NCBI GenBank assembly: GCA_035387945.1
Contig: DAOOOX010000003.1
Location: forward strand, 203,126 to 267,125
Reading direction: 5' to 3'
Length of the DNA: 64,000 nt
Source: Verrucomicrobiia bacterium
GTDB lineage: Bacteria > Verrucomicrobiota > Verrucomicrobiia > JADLBR01
Shown one piece after another: positions 19,134 to 28,490 of this stretch (positions are counted from its first letter, which is position 1; every line of letters begins with the position of its first letter). The notes beneath the pieces are model-generated. The model was not told the DNA's origin. It searched no databases and saw only the letters and a program-made list of their open reading frames with translations. The position numbers and the translations under genes were made by a program.

Positions 19134-20156
19134 TCAGGCCGACGAGGGCGACTGTGATTCCACGATGCCGTCCGAGAGTTTTCGGATGCAGTCCGGGCAG
19201 AGCCCGTGACTGAACTGGGCCAGGCTGCTCTCTCCGAAATGCTCCTCGAAGGCGCGCCAGTGGTCGCCCTCCGTTCGGATCTTTTTGCACCCGGCGCAGA
19301 TCGAAATGAACTCCTGGAGGCCCGACCAACGCTGCCGGGAGAGGTCGGTATCCGTGCCGACCATGCGTAGGGGCTCTCCGGCCGGGGTCCATTCGACGAC
19401 CCGGCCGCAGTCCAGATTCCACCGCCAAGTTCCGTCCTTTTTGCGCAGTCGCGCCACGCACTCGTAGGTGGCTGCGTGGCCCTCGAAATGCCTCGCCAGA
19501 GCAGCCCGGATCCGGGGCATGTCGTCGGGGTGTACGATCCCTTCCCAAAAGGCGACGCTTGGGGGCACCTCTTCTGCCGCGTAACCCAGCGACGCAATCC
19601 AGTACGGGCTGAAATGGACCTCACCGGTCTGAACGTTCCAGTCCCAGGCTCCGGCCCCGGTCGCTTCCAGGACTAGGCCGAGGCGCTCCTCGCTGCGCCG
19701 AAGCTCTGCCTCGGCGTGCTTCCGGGCGGAGATATCCAACTGCACCGCGACCCATACGGTCCCGTAATCGTCATGTTCGAAGGTGGTCACGCGCACGTCG
19801 CACCAGAATCGGGTGCCGTCCTTCTTGACGTTCTCAATCTCTCCCTTCCAGACGCCCTGGGTCGTCAGGTCGCTGATGATGCGGCGATCAACCTCTTCAG
19901 GCCGCGGCTCGCCGGGCGCGATCAGGATGGTGGTGGGTCTGCCCTCCAGCTCCCCGAACGCATAGCCGAACATCGCGGCAAACCGGGGGTTGGCGTAGAG
20001 GATGGTCGCGTCCGATGCGCGCACCAGCATGATCCCCGCGAACATGTTCGCGACGATCACGGCCAGGAGACGGTCATCGGCCCCCGGGGGCATCGAACTC
20101 CGCGACGGGGCCTCGTCTCCGGCTGATCGAGGCGTGTCATTCCGGTCTTCCGGCAT
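19134..20156 (-). CDS. Tandem PAS-domain sensor protein with a C-terminal Cys/His cluster
   Basis: Two PAS-like cores (LYANPRFAAMFGY...; FSPYWIASLGYAAEEV...). C-terminal ICAGCKK...HWRAFEEHF...HGLCPDC. Start placed at ATG 20156 (MPEDRN). ATG 20306 is an alternative. Confidence 0.6.
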   Translation of the reverse strand: MPEDRNDTPRSAGDEAPSRSSMPPGADDRLLAVIVANMFAGIMLVRASDATILYANPRFAAMFGYAFGELEGRPTTILIAPGEPRPEEVDRRIISDLTTQGVWKGEIENVKKDGTRFWCDVRVTTFEHDDYGTVWVAVQLDISARKHAEAELRRSEERLGLVLEATGAGAWDWNVQTGEVHFSPYWIASLGYAAEEVPPSVAFWEGIVHPDDMPRIRAALARHFEGHAATYECVARLRKKDGTWRWNLDCGRVVEWTPAGEPLRMVGTDTDLSRQRWSGLQEFISICAGCKKIRTEGDHWRAFEEHFGESSLAQFSHGLCPDCIRKLSDGIVESQSPSSA

Positions 20157-20334
20157 CAAACCTCCCTCTGGCCCGAACCACCGCGCGCGCGCAACGAAGG
20201 TAAAATACCCGATTGGGTGCAGCGGTGCAATCCCGCCATTGCCCGCGGCCCCGGAGGCAGGAAGTGACGATGTTGGGGGCGGCTCTTCCAGGAGTGGCGG
20301 AGGCACAAAAATGTGTGATATGGGGGGAGAAGAA

Positions 20335-20688
20335 ATGAGCGTTGAACTAAGGCGAGTATACGACGAGGGCGGGGCGACGAAGGGCTATCGGGTGCTCGTG
20401 GATCGGGTGTGGCCACGCGGTTTTTCGAAGGAGGCGCTCCGGCTTGACGAGTGGTGCCGGGAGATCGCGCCGAGCACGCCCCTGAGAAAATGGTTCGGGC
20501 ATGATCCCGCGCGCTGGGAGTCTTTTCGCCAGAAGTACCTCAAGGAGCTGGAGGGCAAAGGCGATCTCTTGGCGCACCTCCGTGCCGTGGCGCGGAAACA
20601 GACACTGGTCCTTTTGTATTCGGCGAAAGATCAGGAGCGAAATCAGGCGATCGTCATTCGCGAGGCGCTGAGGAGAAAACTCCCGTAG
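20335..20688 (+). CDS. DUF488 family protein
   Basis: MSVELRRVYDE...GYRVLVDRVWPRG is the canonical DUF488 N-terminus. GGAG 7 nt upstream of ATG 20335. Confidence 0.75.
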   Translation: MSVELRRVYDEGGATKGYRVLVDRVWPRGFSKEALRLDEWCREIAPSTPLRKWFGHDPARWESFRQKYLKELEGKGDLLAHLRAVARKQTLVLLYSAKDQERNQAIVIREALRRKLP

Positions 20689-20711
20689 CCGAACGCGCGA
20701 ACGCTTGGCCG

Positions 20712-20945
20712 ACTTAGCCTGCATATTTCACGCTTCCGCGTGAAATATGCAGGCTCAAAGGAAAACCGCGCTCCGAAAGACGCGATTTTGGAGGGTCTGG
20801 GGCGCCCGGTTCGCGAAACACGCTCTGCAACCGCGAAAAAACCCAGTCTTTGCCTGACCTTTCCCAATAAATGGCTTTCATGGCGCGGTTTTCCCAGAGC
20901 CCGGAATTTCACAGCCGGCAGGCTGTGAAATATCCGGGTTAGCCA
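20712..20945. repeat. MITE-like approx. 235-bp interspersed element, copy B (inverted relative to 1331..1560)
   Basis: Reverse complement aligns at about 90% identity to 1331-1560, including both internal palindromes. Explains the pseudo-ORF 20643..21038. Confidence 0.75.
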
Positions 20946-21162
20946 CGGCTTGGGGGCGGTCGCGATGCGGTATGTCAGCACAGGCCCCATTCCCTTTGGT
21001 CCTGAGCCTGTCGGGGGACGGCACCGATTGGGCGGCACATGGTGTTCGCCTTCCTTTGCGGCGTCCCTCCCGGCTGATGCGGGCCCTCACTGCGAGATTT
21101 CGGGAATGACGCCGACATCCGGCGCTTTCCCCACCCTCGGTGCCCTGCCGGGGGGCGCCTGA

Positions 21163-21852
21163 CTATTTCAACTCCTTGACCCGGAGGTTTCGGAAGTAGA
21201 CCTTCGCCCCATAATTGCCATGGGCGTGCAAGCCGATGTGGCCCCCGACGTAGTACAGGCCCGGGTGCTCGAGGTGGTCGATGGGTTTCACCTTATCGAG
21301 GTCGGCATCGACGATGACCGTGCCGTTGAGCGTGACCTTGAGATGCCGACCCTCGCAGGCGATCTCCTCCTGATTCCACTCGCCCGCCGGTTTGAGGTGG
21401 CCGGGGATGGCGGGCACAACGCCATAGATCGAACCATGGTGCTGGTAATCCTTGAGCGGCACCCACTCCTTGGGGTCTTTCCCCTCGCGCGGGATGCCGC
21501 GGTCGTAATAGGGGTCGTCGAGCACCTGGATCTCGTTGCCTTCGATGTGCGGTTGCTTGCTGACCTTTGTGCGGACGCCGACGCCGTTGTTGCCGCCCGG
21601 GTCCAGTTTGATCTCAAGCCGCAGGATGAAGTTTGTGTATTCCCCCACGGTGAAGATGTGGACCTTGCCGGTGTCCTTGCAGATGAGCTGGCCATCCTCC
21701 GCGTAGTAGCTGCTGGTGTCACCGCCGATGCCCTGCCAGCCCGTCAGGTCTTTGCCGTTGAAGATCGGGACAAACCCTTCCTCGGCCGAGTTCGCGGATG
21801 CCGCGGCCAACAGAAGCGCCGCGGACAGAACAATGGATGCGTGTTTTCTCAT
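21163..21852 (-). CDS. DUF1080 (3-keto-disaccharide hydrolase-like, concanavalin fold) secreted protein
   Basis: Signal peptide MRKHASIVLSAALLLAAASANSA. Motifs FNGKDLTGW, HIGLHAHG and YFRNLRVKEL typical of DUF1080/PF06439. Confidence 0.8.
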   Translation of the reverse strand: MRKHASIVLSAALLLAAASANSAEEGFVPIFNGKDLTGWQGIGGDTSSYYAEDGQLICKDTGKVHIFTVGEYTNFILRLEIKLDPGGNNGVGVRTKVSKQPHIEGNEIQVLDDPYYDRGIPREGKDPKEWVPLKDYQHHGSIYGVVPAIPGHLKPAGEWNQEEIACEGRHLKVTLNGTVIVDADLDKVKPIDHLEHPGLYYVGGHIGLHAHGNYGAKVYFRNLRVKELK

Positions 21853-22029
21853 GGCGTGAGTCCCTCCCTTTCTGGGGGTGTACCCTGGGCTCGATAGGGG
21901 CATTAAATGTCAATTTGCATTGAACTTTCGACGCCGTCGAGCAGGAAAGGAGGGCGCGCTGCGCATCGGCCGGGGGGCCACTATCCAGCGGGGCCGATTG
22001 GAGGTCGCAACGAAGCCATCATGAAAGAT

Positions 22030-24825
22030 TCATTCGGGCTGGATATCGAGCAATCGGAAGACGCCTGCCGGGATCCTGAGGGCGAGAGGCTGGCGGAGGT
22101 CTCCGAGTTTCTCGCCGGTGAGCCGATCGATGACGCGCCAATTGCCGGCGCGGTTGGGGATGATCTTCGCATCGCGGTCGGCCGGGTCGAGCCAGCCGGG
22201 ATCGATCAGGGCGATGGTGAAGCGGTCGGGGGAGTTCTCGATGACTTGATGAAAGACGTGGCCATCGACGCGAAATGGGAGGGTATGCGCGCCTTCGGTG
22301 AGTTCGGCCGCGATGGCTGCGCGCGCGTCGGGGAGGGTGTAAGTCTTGCCGTCTTTGGTGAGCCGGTCGCCGTCGGTGGTCCAGAGGGAAGTCCAGCGGC
22401 CGGGGGTTAACGGTTTTCCTCCGGGAACGAGGCAGACAAAACCGTGCGGCGCGGTGATGGTGAGATTCTCGGATGTGCGGCGCGAGCGCCCCCAGAGCAG
22501 CGTGGAGATGTCCGTCTGAGGCAGCGGGGCCATGGCCCAGTAGCAATCGAGGCGGTCGAAGGCCCATGGCTCGCTATCTGTACCGTCGTCGCCCCAGCGC
22601 TCCGGATGATGCCCGTTCGCGCCGTGCTCTTCGAAACGCTTCGTGGGCCCCTCCATGACAAGCGCCAAGGGCGAGATGGCCCGGAGCTGCTCGCGGCGCG
22701 GCGGGGCGAGTATGCCCTTGCCGATAAGATGAAGGAAATTCGAGGCGCCCTCCTGGCCGACGCGGGTCCACTCGCCAGTGCCGCGACCGCGCTCGCCGCT
22801 CAAGAGCATGAACACGCGTGCGCCGAGGGCCGCCTGCGATGTGAGATAGCGCAGGTGCGGATGGCCGGTCATGACGTATTCCCACTCCCACGCGCGGCTG
22901 ACGCAGAACCAATCGGCGGAGACCCTGCTGCACCAGTCGTCCACCTGCCCGTCGAGCCAGAGGCCGACGCGTGCGGCGAGCTGGGCGTCCGTCGTTCTCG
23001 AGTTGCTATCCTCGACGCCCGGCAGGATCACGGAGCGATATCGCCCGTCGAACATTAATCTCTTCACCTGCGGGTCTGCGGGCCAGTGGAGCCACCAGAC
23101 GTCTTTGTTGCGCGGAATGAACCGCTTCTTGTGCTTGAGGCAGAGGTTGAGGATGGGCCGGATGTGGTGCTCGATGTAGTAAGGAACGCCGTCGAGTTGC
23201 TCGTCCTCGGCACTGATAAAGCCGAGGCAGGTCTTGGGCGCCACATCGAGGATGGCGGCGACGGTGGCGACCTCGCAATGTGGGGCGCAGCCGTGACCGA
23301 CCTGAACCCAGAAGTGGCATTGGGCGGACTCGAAGCGCCTCGCCGCGGCCACGATGTCCGCGCGCGACAGATCGTGCGCAAGGCGCCTGTCGCGCTCCCA
23401 TGGCTTGCCGTCGGGCCGGAGCAGGGGCGCGTCCTCCCCGGGCCAGAAACACGTCGAGAAGCGCAGGTTGGGATAGGGGAATTCCTTCTCGTACTGACGG
23501 ACCTCGGCGATCCATGGCTCGCACTTCGCCGGATCCGGTCCGCTCCAGAGGTGATGATTGACCACGACGTCATAGGGCCCCGGCGCGCCCGTCATTGGCG
23601 CGCCGCGCCACTTGCCCATCGCTTCCGCCAGCTGCACGAGGTTCGTGCCAATGCCAGCCATGAGCCCCCGGCGTTGCAGGGCGGCGATCTCTTTCTCCCA
23701 GCCCCGTTCGAACGTGAGGCGATAGAGGTTGTCGTCGCCATTGGGGCTCGAGCCCAGGAGCACGTGGCCATGGGGTGAGCCGGGCACGTAGATCACGTCT
23801 GTGAAACCGAAGGGAGCGTTCGCGGCAGCGAGCTGCTTGCCGCCGCTGCCGTAGATCCGAATCTCGGGTCCCTCGAGCAGCACGATCTCAGCGCCGGGAT
23901 CGTCAGTCAGATCCCCGGCCGCGACGAGCCGCATGCGGTAGAACTGGTCATAGCTCGCCGCCTTGAAGGCCTCGGGCAAGGCGACGATCTGCCGCAGACC
24001 GCCCTTGAGCGCGTAAGCCCCGGGGTTATAGACGAGTTCGCTCGCCCCATCGCCATCGAAATCGGCGGCCGTGCCGTTCGCCGCCAGCAGGCTCTTGGCC
24101 GTCCAAGTCTGCTTGCCCTTGCGGAAGTCCGCTCCCGACTTCTTGGCCGCTGCCGACGAGGAGTCCCACGGGACTTTTTCAAATGTTATCCGCTCCTTGA
24201 GCTGGGCGAGTTGGGGGCCCTTGAAGAAAACAAGGTCTTGTGCTTGGCCGCGCACGGGCAGGACCGCGACTTCGTCCGCACCATCGCCATCGAAGTCGCC
24301 CGCGCGGAGCAAACGAACCACGCCATTGACCGCGCCCGCGCGCGCGTCGCCGAGGGCCCTGCCATCCGCCGTGAGCGCAACCACCCGGCGGCTGACTCCC
24401 CCGGCCAAGGCGATGGGCGTCTTGCCATCGAGTCGCGCCGTCGCCACCTGCCACACGGGCGCGCCCAGGTCATATTTCCAACGGAGTTTTCCGTCGGCGC
24501 CGAAGGCGTACGCGAATCCGTCCGCGCATGCGGCGAGGATCTCGTCCCTGCGATCACCATCGAGATCGCCCGCCGCCAGGTCGAAAACGAACCCGCCGGT
24601 CGGCGCATCCCAGAGGTGATTGCCGCGGGCGCCGAACGCGCACACGCGATTGTCGTAGGCTGAGCCAACGATCTCCCTCGCGTCGGATGGGCCATCCAAT
24701 TCCGCGGAGACCAGCCGATAGATATTGCGGCCGCCTGTGGGCAGGATCTCGACCGCGGCGCCGGCCATTGATGTGCAAAGTGCAGCGATGAGCGCCGCCC
24801 GACAGGTCGTAGGTATCGGTACCAT
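22030..24825 (-). CDS. Secreted FG-GAP/VCBS-like repeat beta-propeller protein with a large uncharacterised C-terminal domain
   Basis: Repeated GDxDGDGxxE loops (GDLDGDRRDE, GDFDGDGADE, ADFDGDGASE). Start at ATG 24825 with AGGAGG approx. 10 nt upstream. Signal-like MVPIPTTCRAALIAALCTSMAGAAV. Confidence 0.6.
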   Translation of the reverse strand: MVPIPTTCRAALIAALCTSMAGAAVEILPTGGRNIYRLVSAELDGPSDAREIVGSAYDNRVCAFGARGNHLWDAPTGGFVFDLAAGDLDGDRRDEILAACADGFAYAFGADGKLRWKYDLGAPVWQVATARLDGKTPIALAGGVSRRVVALTADGRALGDARAGAVNGVVRLLRAGDFDGDGADEVAVLPVRGQAQDLVFFKGPQLAQLKERITFEKVPWDSSSAAAKKSGADFRKGKQTWTAKSLLAANGTAADFDGDGASELVYNPGAYALKGGLRQIVALPEAFKAASYDQFYRMRLVAAGDLTDDPGAEIVLLEGPEIRIYGSGGKQLAAANAPFGFTDVIYVPGSPHGHVLLGSSPNGDDNLYRLTFERGWEKEIAALQRRGLMAGIGTNLVQLAEAMGKWRGAPMTGAPGPYDVVVNHHLWSGPDPAKCEPWIAEVRQYEKEFPYPNLRFSTCFWPGEDAPLLRPDGKPWERDRRLAHDLSRADIVAAARRFESAQCHFWVQVGHGCAPHCEVATVAAILDVAPKTCLGFISAEDEQLDGVPYYIEHHIRPILNLCLKHKKRFIPRNKDVWWLHWPADPQVKRLMFDGRYRSVILPGVEDSNSRTTDAQLAARVGLWLDGQVDDWCSRVSADWFCVSRAWEWEYVMTGHPHLRYLTSQAALGARVFMLLSGERGRGTGEWTRVGQEGASNFLHLIGKGILAPPRREQLRAISPLALVMEGPTKRFEEHGANGHHPERWGDDGTDSEPWAFDRLDCYWAMAPLPQTDISTLLWGRSRRTSENLTITAPHGFVCLVPGGKPLTPGRWTSLWTTDGDRLTKDGKTYTLPDARAAIAAELTEGAHTLPFRVDGHVFHQVIENSPDRFTIALIDPGWLDPADRDAKIIPNRAGNWRVIDRLTGEKLGDLRQPLALRIPAGVFRLLDIQPE

Positions 24826-25153
24826 TTCTCTTTTCCTCCTAATGGATCGCGAGCGTTGGCAGGGAAATGATCGGGAGCGCGCAGCCCTCCTGCCCGTGCC
24901 TGCAGCTCGTGTAGAGGTTTTCATCGCGCTCAACGTTGGCGAAGCTGAGAACGAGGAGGTGGCTGGTTCGGCTCACAGAGATACTCCTATTCCATCCGAA
25001 TCGCGTTGGCCGATCAAGGCTCGGGACGCGTGGCCCGGCTAAATTCTCCGCAACGGTGGTGCCAGCCTCGCAGGGCACCAAATCGGAATACATCCTCGGC
25101 AAAGCTGGCTTTCAAGCGATCGATCGATAGGCTGGAACGCGAGGCGCGCCACC

Positions 25154-25837
25154 GTGAGGATCCTCGTTGTCGAAGATCAGCAGAAGATCGCCGAGTTTAT
25201 CCGGAGGGGTCTGGAGGAGCACGGCTTCCGCGTGGACGTTTGTCGCACCGGCGAAGACGGATTCGAGCGCGCATGCCGCGAACCCTATGACGCGATGGTG
25301 CTCGACATCATGCTACCCGGCCGCGACGGACTCAGCGTCCTCCGGGAATTGCGAGGGCGCCGCATCGCGACACCCGTCATCCTGCTCACGGCGCGCGATG
25401 GCCTGGAGGAGCGGGTGGAGGGGCTTAACCTTGGAGCGGACGATTATCTGGCGAAACCGTTCTTCGTCGAGGAACTCGCCGCCCGCCTCAACGCCCTGCT
25501 CCGCCGGGCTTCGGGCACACCCCCCAGCCAACTGAAGGTTGCCGATTTGACCCTTGACCTCATCACGCGCGAGGTGCGACGTGGCGGATCCAAGATCGAA
25601 TTGACCGCCAGGGAATTCGACCTCCTCGCCTACCTTATGCGTTCGCCCGGCCGCGTCTATACGCGCACGCAGATCAACGAGCACGTTTGGGACACGCACT
25701 TCGACACCGGGACCAATGTCGTGGACGTCGCGATTGCCAGGATCAGGAAGAAGGTTGACGAGGGCGCACAGGTTAAACTGATTGAGACGATCCGTGGCGT
25801 CGGCTATCGCATCCGGAAACCGGGTGATCCGTCATGA
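25154..25837 (+). CDS. OmpR-family two-component response regulator (GTG start)
   Basis: Receiver domain with D-box (DAMVLDIMLPGRDG). Winged-helix C-terminus (LTAREFDLLAYLMRSPGRVYTRTQI...VRGVGYRI). Confidence 0.9.
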   Translation: MRILVVEDQQKIAEFIRRGLEEHGFRVDVCRTGEDGFERACREPYDAMVLDIMLPGRDGLSVLRELRGRRIATPVILLTARDGLEERVEGLNLGADDYLAKPFFVEELAARLNALLRRASGTPPSQLKVADLTLDLITREVRRGGSKIELTAREFDLLAYLMRSPGRVYTRTQINEHVWDTHFDTGTNVVDVAIARIRKKVDEGAQVKLIETIRGVGYRIRKPGDPS

Positions 25838-27291
25838 AGCCGACGCGCTCCTTCCGATTCCGCCTCGCGGCCATCTCGGTGGCGACATCCGGACTCGTGC
25901 TGCTCGCATTCGGCGCGGTCTCGGGTTGGATCCTGTATCAGGACCGCCTCCGCATGCTGGATCAGGAACTGCTGGATTTTGGTTGTCGGGTGGCGGGACG
26001 CGCCGGACGCAACGTGAGCGGCGCCCAGATCCGGCTTTCACTCACCGACCGCATCGGCGAAGAAAGGGCCGCGCACCGCTTCTTGTGCCTGATCACCCGC
26101 CCCGGGAGCGTGCTGTACAAAGATGCCAATTGGCCGACCGCCCTCGACCCTCGCGCGTATCGGCCCGGCGATCGCCTGATGGATCCCCAGCCGGTGGTCC
26201 AGGACATGCGCCCGCGCGACGACGGAAAACAACCCCCGCCTCGCCTGCAATGTGAGCCCCGGTTTCAATTTGTGCGCAACGCCAGCGCGCGCGCCCGGAT
26301 CGCCGCCTTTGGCAACGATGAGGTCCTCGTCGTGCTCGGCGCCGACCTGCGCCCCATGGAAACGGACCTTCGCGCGCTGGGTGTGGCGTTCGGGGCGGCC
26401 TTGCCCGGCGCCCTGATTGTCATCGCCCTGGGCGCGCTCGTCGTTGCGCGCCGGGCGCTTCAACCCATCGACGCGCTCAGCGCCCGCATGGAGACCCTCT
26501 CCGCCCGCGGCCTCGACCAGCGCATCGAGATCGAGCGGGCGGATGCCGAATTCCGGCGGATCATAGGTGCTTTCAACGCGATGATGGAGCGTCTCGAGCG
26601 CAGTTTCCGCCAGGCCAACCGCTTCACCGCCGACGCCTCGCACGAACTGAAAACGCCGCTCGCGGTCATGCAGGGCACGATCGAGCGCGCCCTGTCCAAA
26701 TTCCCCGCCGGATCGGAATCGCAGCAGGCATTCAGCGAATTGCTGGATGAAGTTGTCCGACAGCGGCGCACTCTGGACAGTCTGCTCCTTCTCTCCCGGG
26801 CCGATGCGGGAAAGTTACCCCTTCATCGTGAGTCCATCCAATTCAGTGAAATGCTCATCTCCCTCCTCGAGGATACCGAGCTGCACGCCGAACCACGGCA
26901 AATAGAAATCCACCGAAAAATCGAACCTGACATCGCGGTTTCAGCCGACGCGACATTGCTTCGCCGCGCGGTCGAAAACCTCCTCTCAAACGCGGTAAAA
27001 CACAATCGGCAGGGCGGATGGATCGACTGCCGGTTCGCCCGAGTCAACGGCTTTGCCGAACTCGTCCTGACCAATACTGGCGATCCCGTCCCGCCCGCGG
27101 ACCGCGAGTCGGTATTTCAGCGATTCTATCGCGGTGCCAACGCCAAGGCTCGACCGACGAATGGCGCCGGCCTCGGCCTCAGCCTCGCCCGAGAAATCGT
27201 CCTCGCGCACGGCGGCACCCTCGTTCTTGATGCTCCCTCGCCCGATGGCACCACGACGTTTCGCCTCCGTTTACCCGTCGGGGAAAAGTGA
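25834..27291 (+). CDS. Sensor histidine kinase (TM, HAMP, HisKA, HATPase_c)
   Basis: 4-bp ATGA overlap with the regulator. H-box DASHELKTPLA. N box NLLSNAVKHN. G boxes GAGLGLSLAREIV. Confidence 0.85.
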   Translation: MKPTRSFRFRLAAISVATSGLVLLAFGAVSGWILYQDRLRMLDQELLDFGCRVAGRAGRNVSGAQIRLSLTDRIGEERAAHRFLCLITRPGSVLYKDANWPTALDPRAYRPGDRLMDPQPVVQDMRPRDDGKQPPPRLQCEPRFQFVRNASARARIAAFGNDEVLVVLGADLRPMETDLRALGVAFGAALPGALIVIALGALVVARRALQPIDALSARMETLSARGLDQRIEIERADAEFRRIIGAFNAMMERLERSFRQANRFTADASHELKTPLAVMQGTIERALSKFPAGSESQQAFSELLDEVVRQRRTLDSLLLLSRADAGKLPLHRESIQFSEMLISLLEDTELHAEPRQIEIHRKIEPDIAVSADATLLRRAVENLLSNAVKHNRQGGWIDCRFARVNGFAELVLTNTGDPVPPADRESVFQRFYRGANAKARPTNGAGLGLSLAREIVLAHGGTLVLDAPSPDGTTTFRLRLPVGEK

Positions 27292-27347
27292 ACGCGCACC
27301 AAGGGATTCTTTCGACCCGCGTGCCTGCCGCTTACGGAACCACCTTG

Positions 27348-28490
27348 ATGAAGTCCGTTTTTTTCGGCACATCGCTCTGCCTGCTCGTGGCATCGGCCGT
27401 GGCGCTGGACACGGAAACCAGTTCTGGGGCGACGCCTCCCATCGGGCGCGCGACGCTCGATGAATGGTCCGCGCCCTATCGGGGGTGGCACTACTGGCCG
27501 GAGCACGTGATCCCGGCGGAACCGGGAATCCCGGGCCATGAGGATTTCCACAACACGGACGTGCCGTGCGTCTATCAACTGCCCGATGAGCCGGACAAGT
27601 GGTTCATGAGCTTCATCGCCTTCAATGGGCGGGGCTACAACTCGTTTGTGGCCGAAAGCACGGATCTCGTTCGCTGGACTAACCCGCGCCTGGCGATGGG
27701 CTTTGGCGCGTCCAACGAGTTTGATTTTGGCGGGTGCGTCATCGGCGCTTACCTCTACGACTCTTATGACATCCGGGCGCCGCGCGTGCTGAAGCGACGC
27801 GATGGCAGATTCTGGACGCTCTACGGTTGCTACGCCAAGCAGGGCGGCTATGAGGTGGACCCCGGTTACGAAGGCGTTGCCACCAGTGATGACGGCCTCG
27901 TCTGGCGGCGGGCCAAGGACGCGCCGATTCTCTCGGTCCACGACTCGGATTGCGGTGACTGGGAGAGGGACTGCATCTACCAGCCGTGGCTGGTGGAGCA
28001 CGGGGGCCGCTTTTATAATTTCTATAATGCCAAGCGCATGCCGGAGTGGATCGAGCAGATGGGCGTCGCCACTTCCAGTAACCTGTTGGCCTGGAAGCGC
28101 CACGCGAACAACCCAGTCATCCGCGTTCGCGCCGACTGTTACGACAGCAAGTTCTGCTCGGACGGAAAGGTCTTCCGCGATGGAGACCACTGGACCATGT
28201 TCTACTTCGGGGTCGGGCGAGGCGGAGCCCACATCATGGTAGCGTTCTCGCGGGACCTGACGCATTGGGCGGCGCACCCGGAACCGCTGTACAAAGCAGG
28301 CGGCCATCCGGGCGGCCTCGATAAGAAGTACGCGCATAAGATCTCGCTGGTGTACCAGCCGAAGACCGAGACCTTCTATCTCTACTATTGTGCCTGTGGC
28401 AACCAGGGCCGGGGGATCGGCCTGATCACCAGCAAGGCGCTGCGATCGCCGGTGACGTCGTCGGGCGCCTCGGCCGGAAAGGCGCAGTGA
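27348..28490 (+). CDS. Secreted beta-propeller glycoside-hydrolase-like protein (GH43/GH32/GH130 superfamily-like; family uncertain)
   Basis: Signal peptide MKSVFFGTSLCLLVASAVA. Repeated W/F-rich blade-like segments (WFMSFIAF, FWTLYGCY, HWTMFYFGV). Family assignment unconfirmed. Confidence 0.45.
   Translation: MKSVFFGTSLCLLVASAVALDTETSSGATPPIGRATLDEWSAPYRGWHYWPEHVIPAEPGIPGHEDFHNTDVPCVYQLPDEPDKWFMSFIAFNGRGYNSFVAESTDLVRWTNPRLAMGFGASNEFDFGGCVIGAYLYDSYDIRAPRVLKRRDGRFWTLYGCYAKQGGYEVDPGYEGVATSDDGLVWRRAKDAPILSVHDSDCGDWERDCIYQPWLVEHGGRFYNFYNAKRMPEWIEQMGVATSSNLLAWKRHANNPVIRVRADCYDSKFCSDGKVFRDGDHWTMFYFGVGRGGAHIMVAFSRDLTHWAAHPEPLYKAGGHPGGLDKKYAHKISLVYQPKTETFYLYYCACGNQGRGIGLITSKALRSPVTSSGASAGKAQ

Noticed and set aside
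19031-19624. 5' extension of the amidase ORF (track start 19624)
   Set aside because: The N-terminal 198 codons are Ser/Arg/Pro-rich and unlike a protein. The ATG at 19030 gives a Tat-like RRDFIALG signal, consistent with a secreted amidase.
20950-21160. Possible gene in the 210-nt gap between the MITE copy and the DUF1080 gene (ORFs 20950..21162 +, 20878..21090 -)
   Set aside because: The ORFs are short, Gly/Pro/Ala-rich, mutually overlapping on both strands, and have no RBS. More likely the 3' UTR of the DUF1080 gene.
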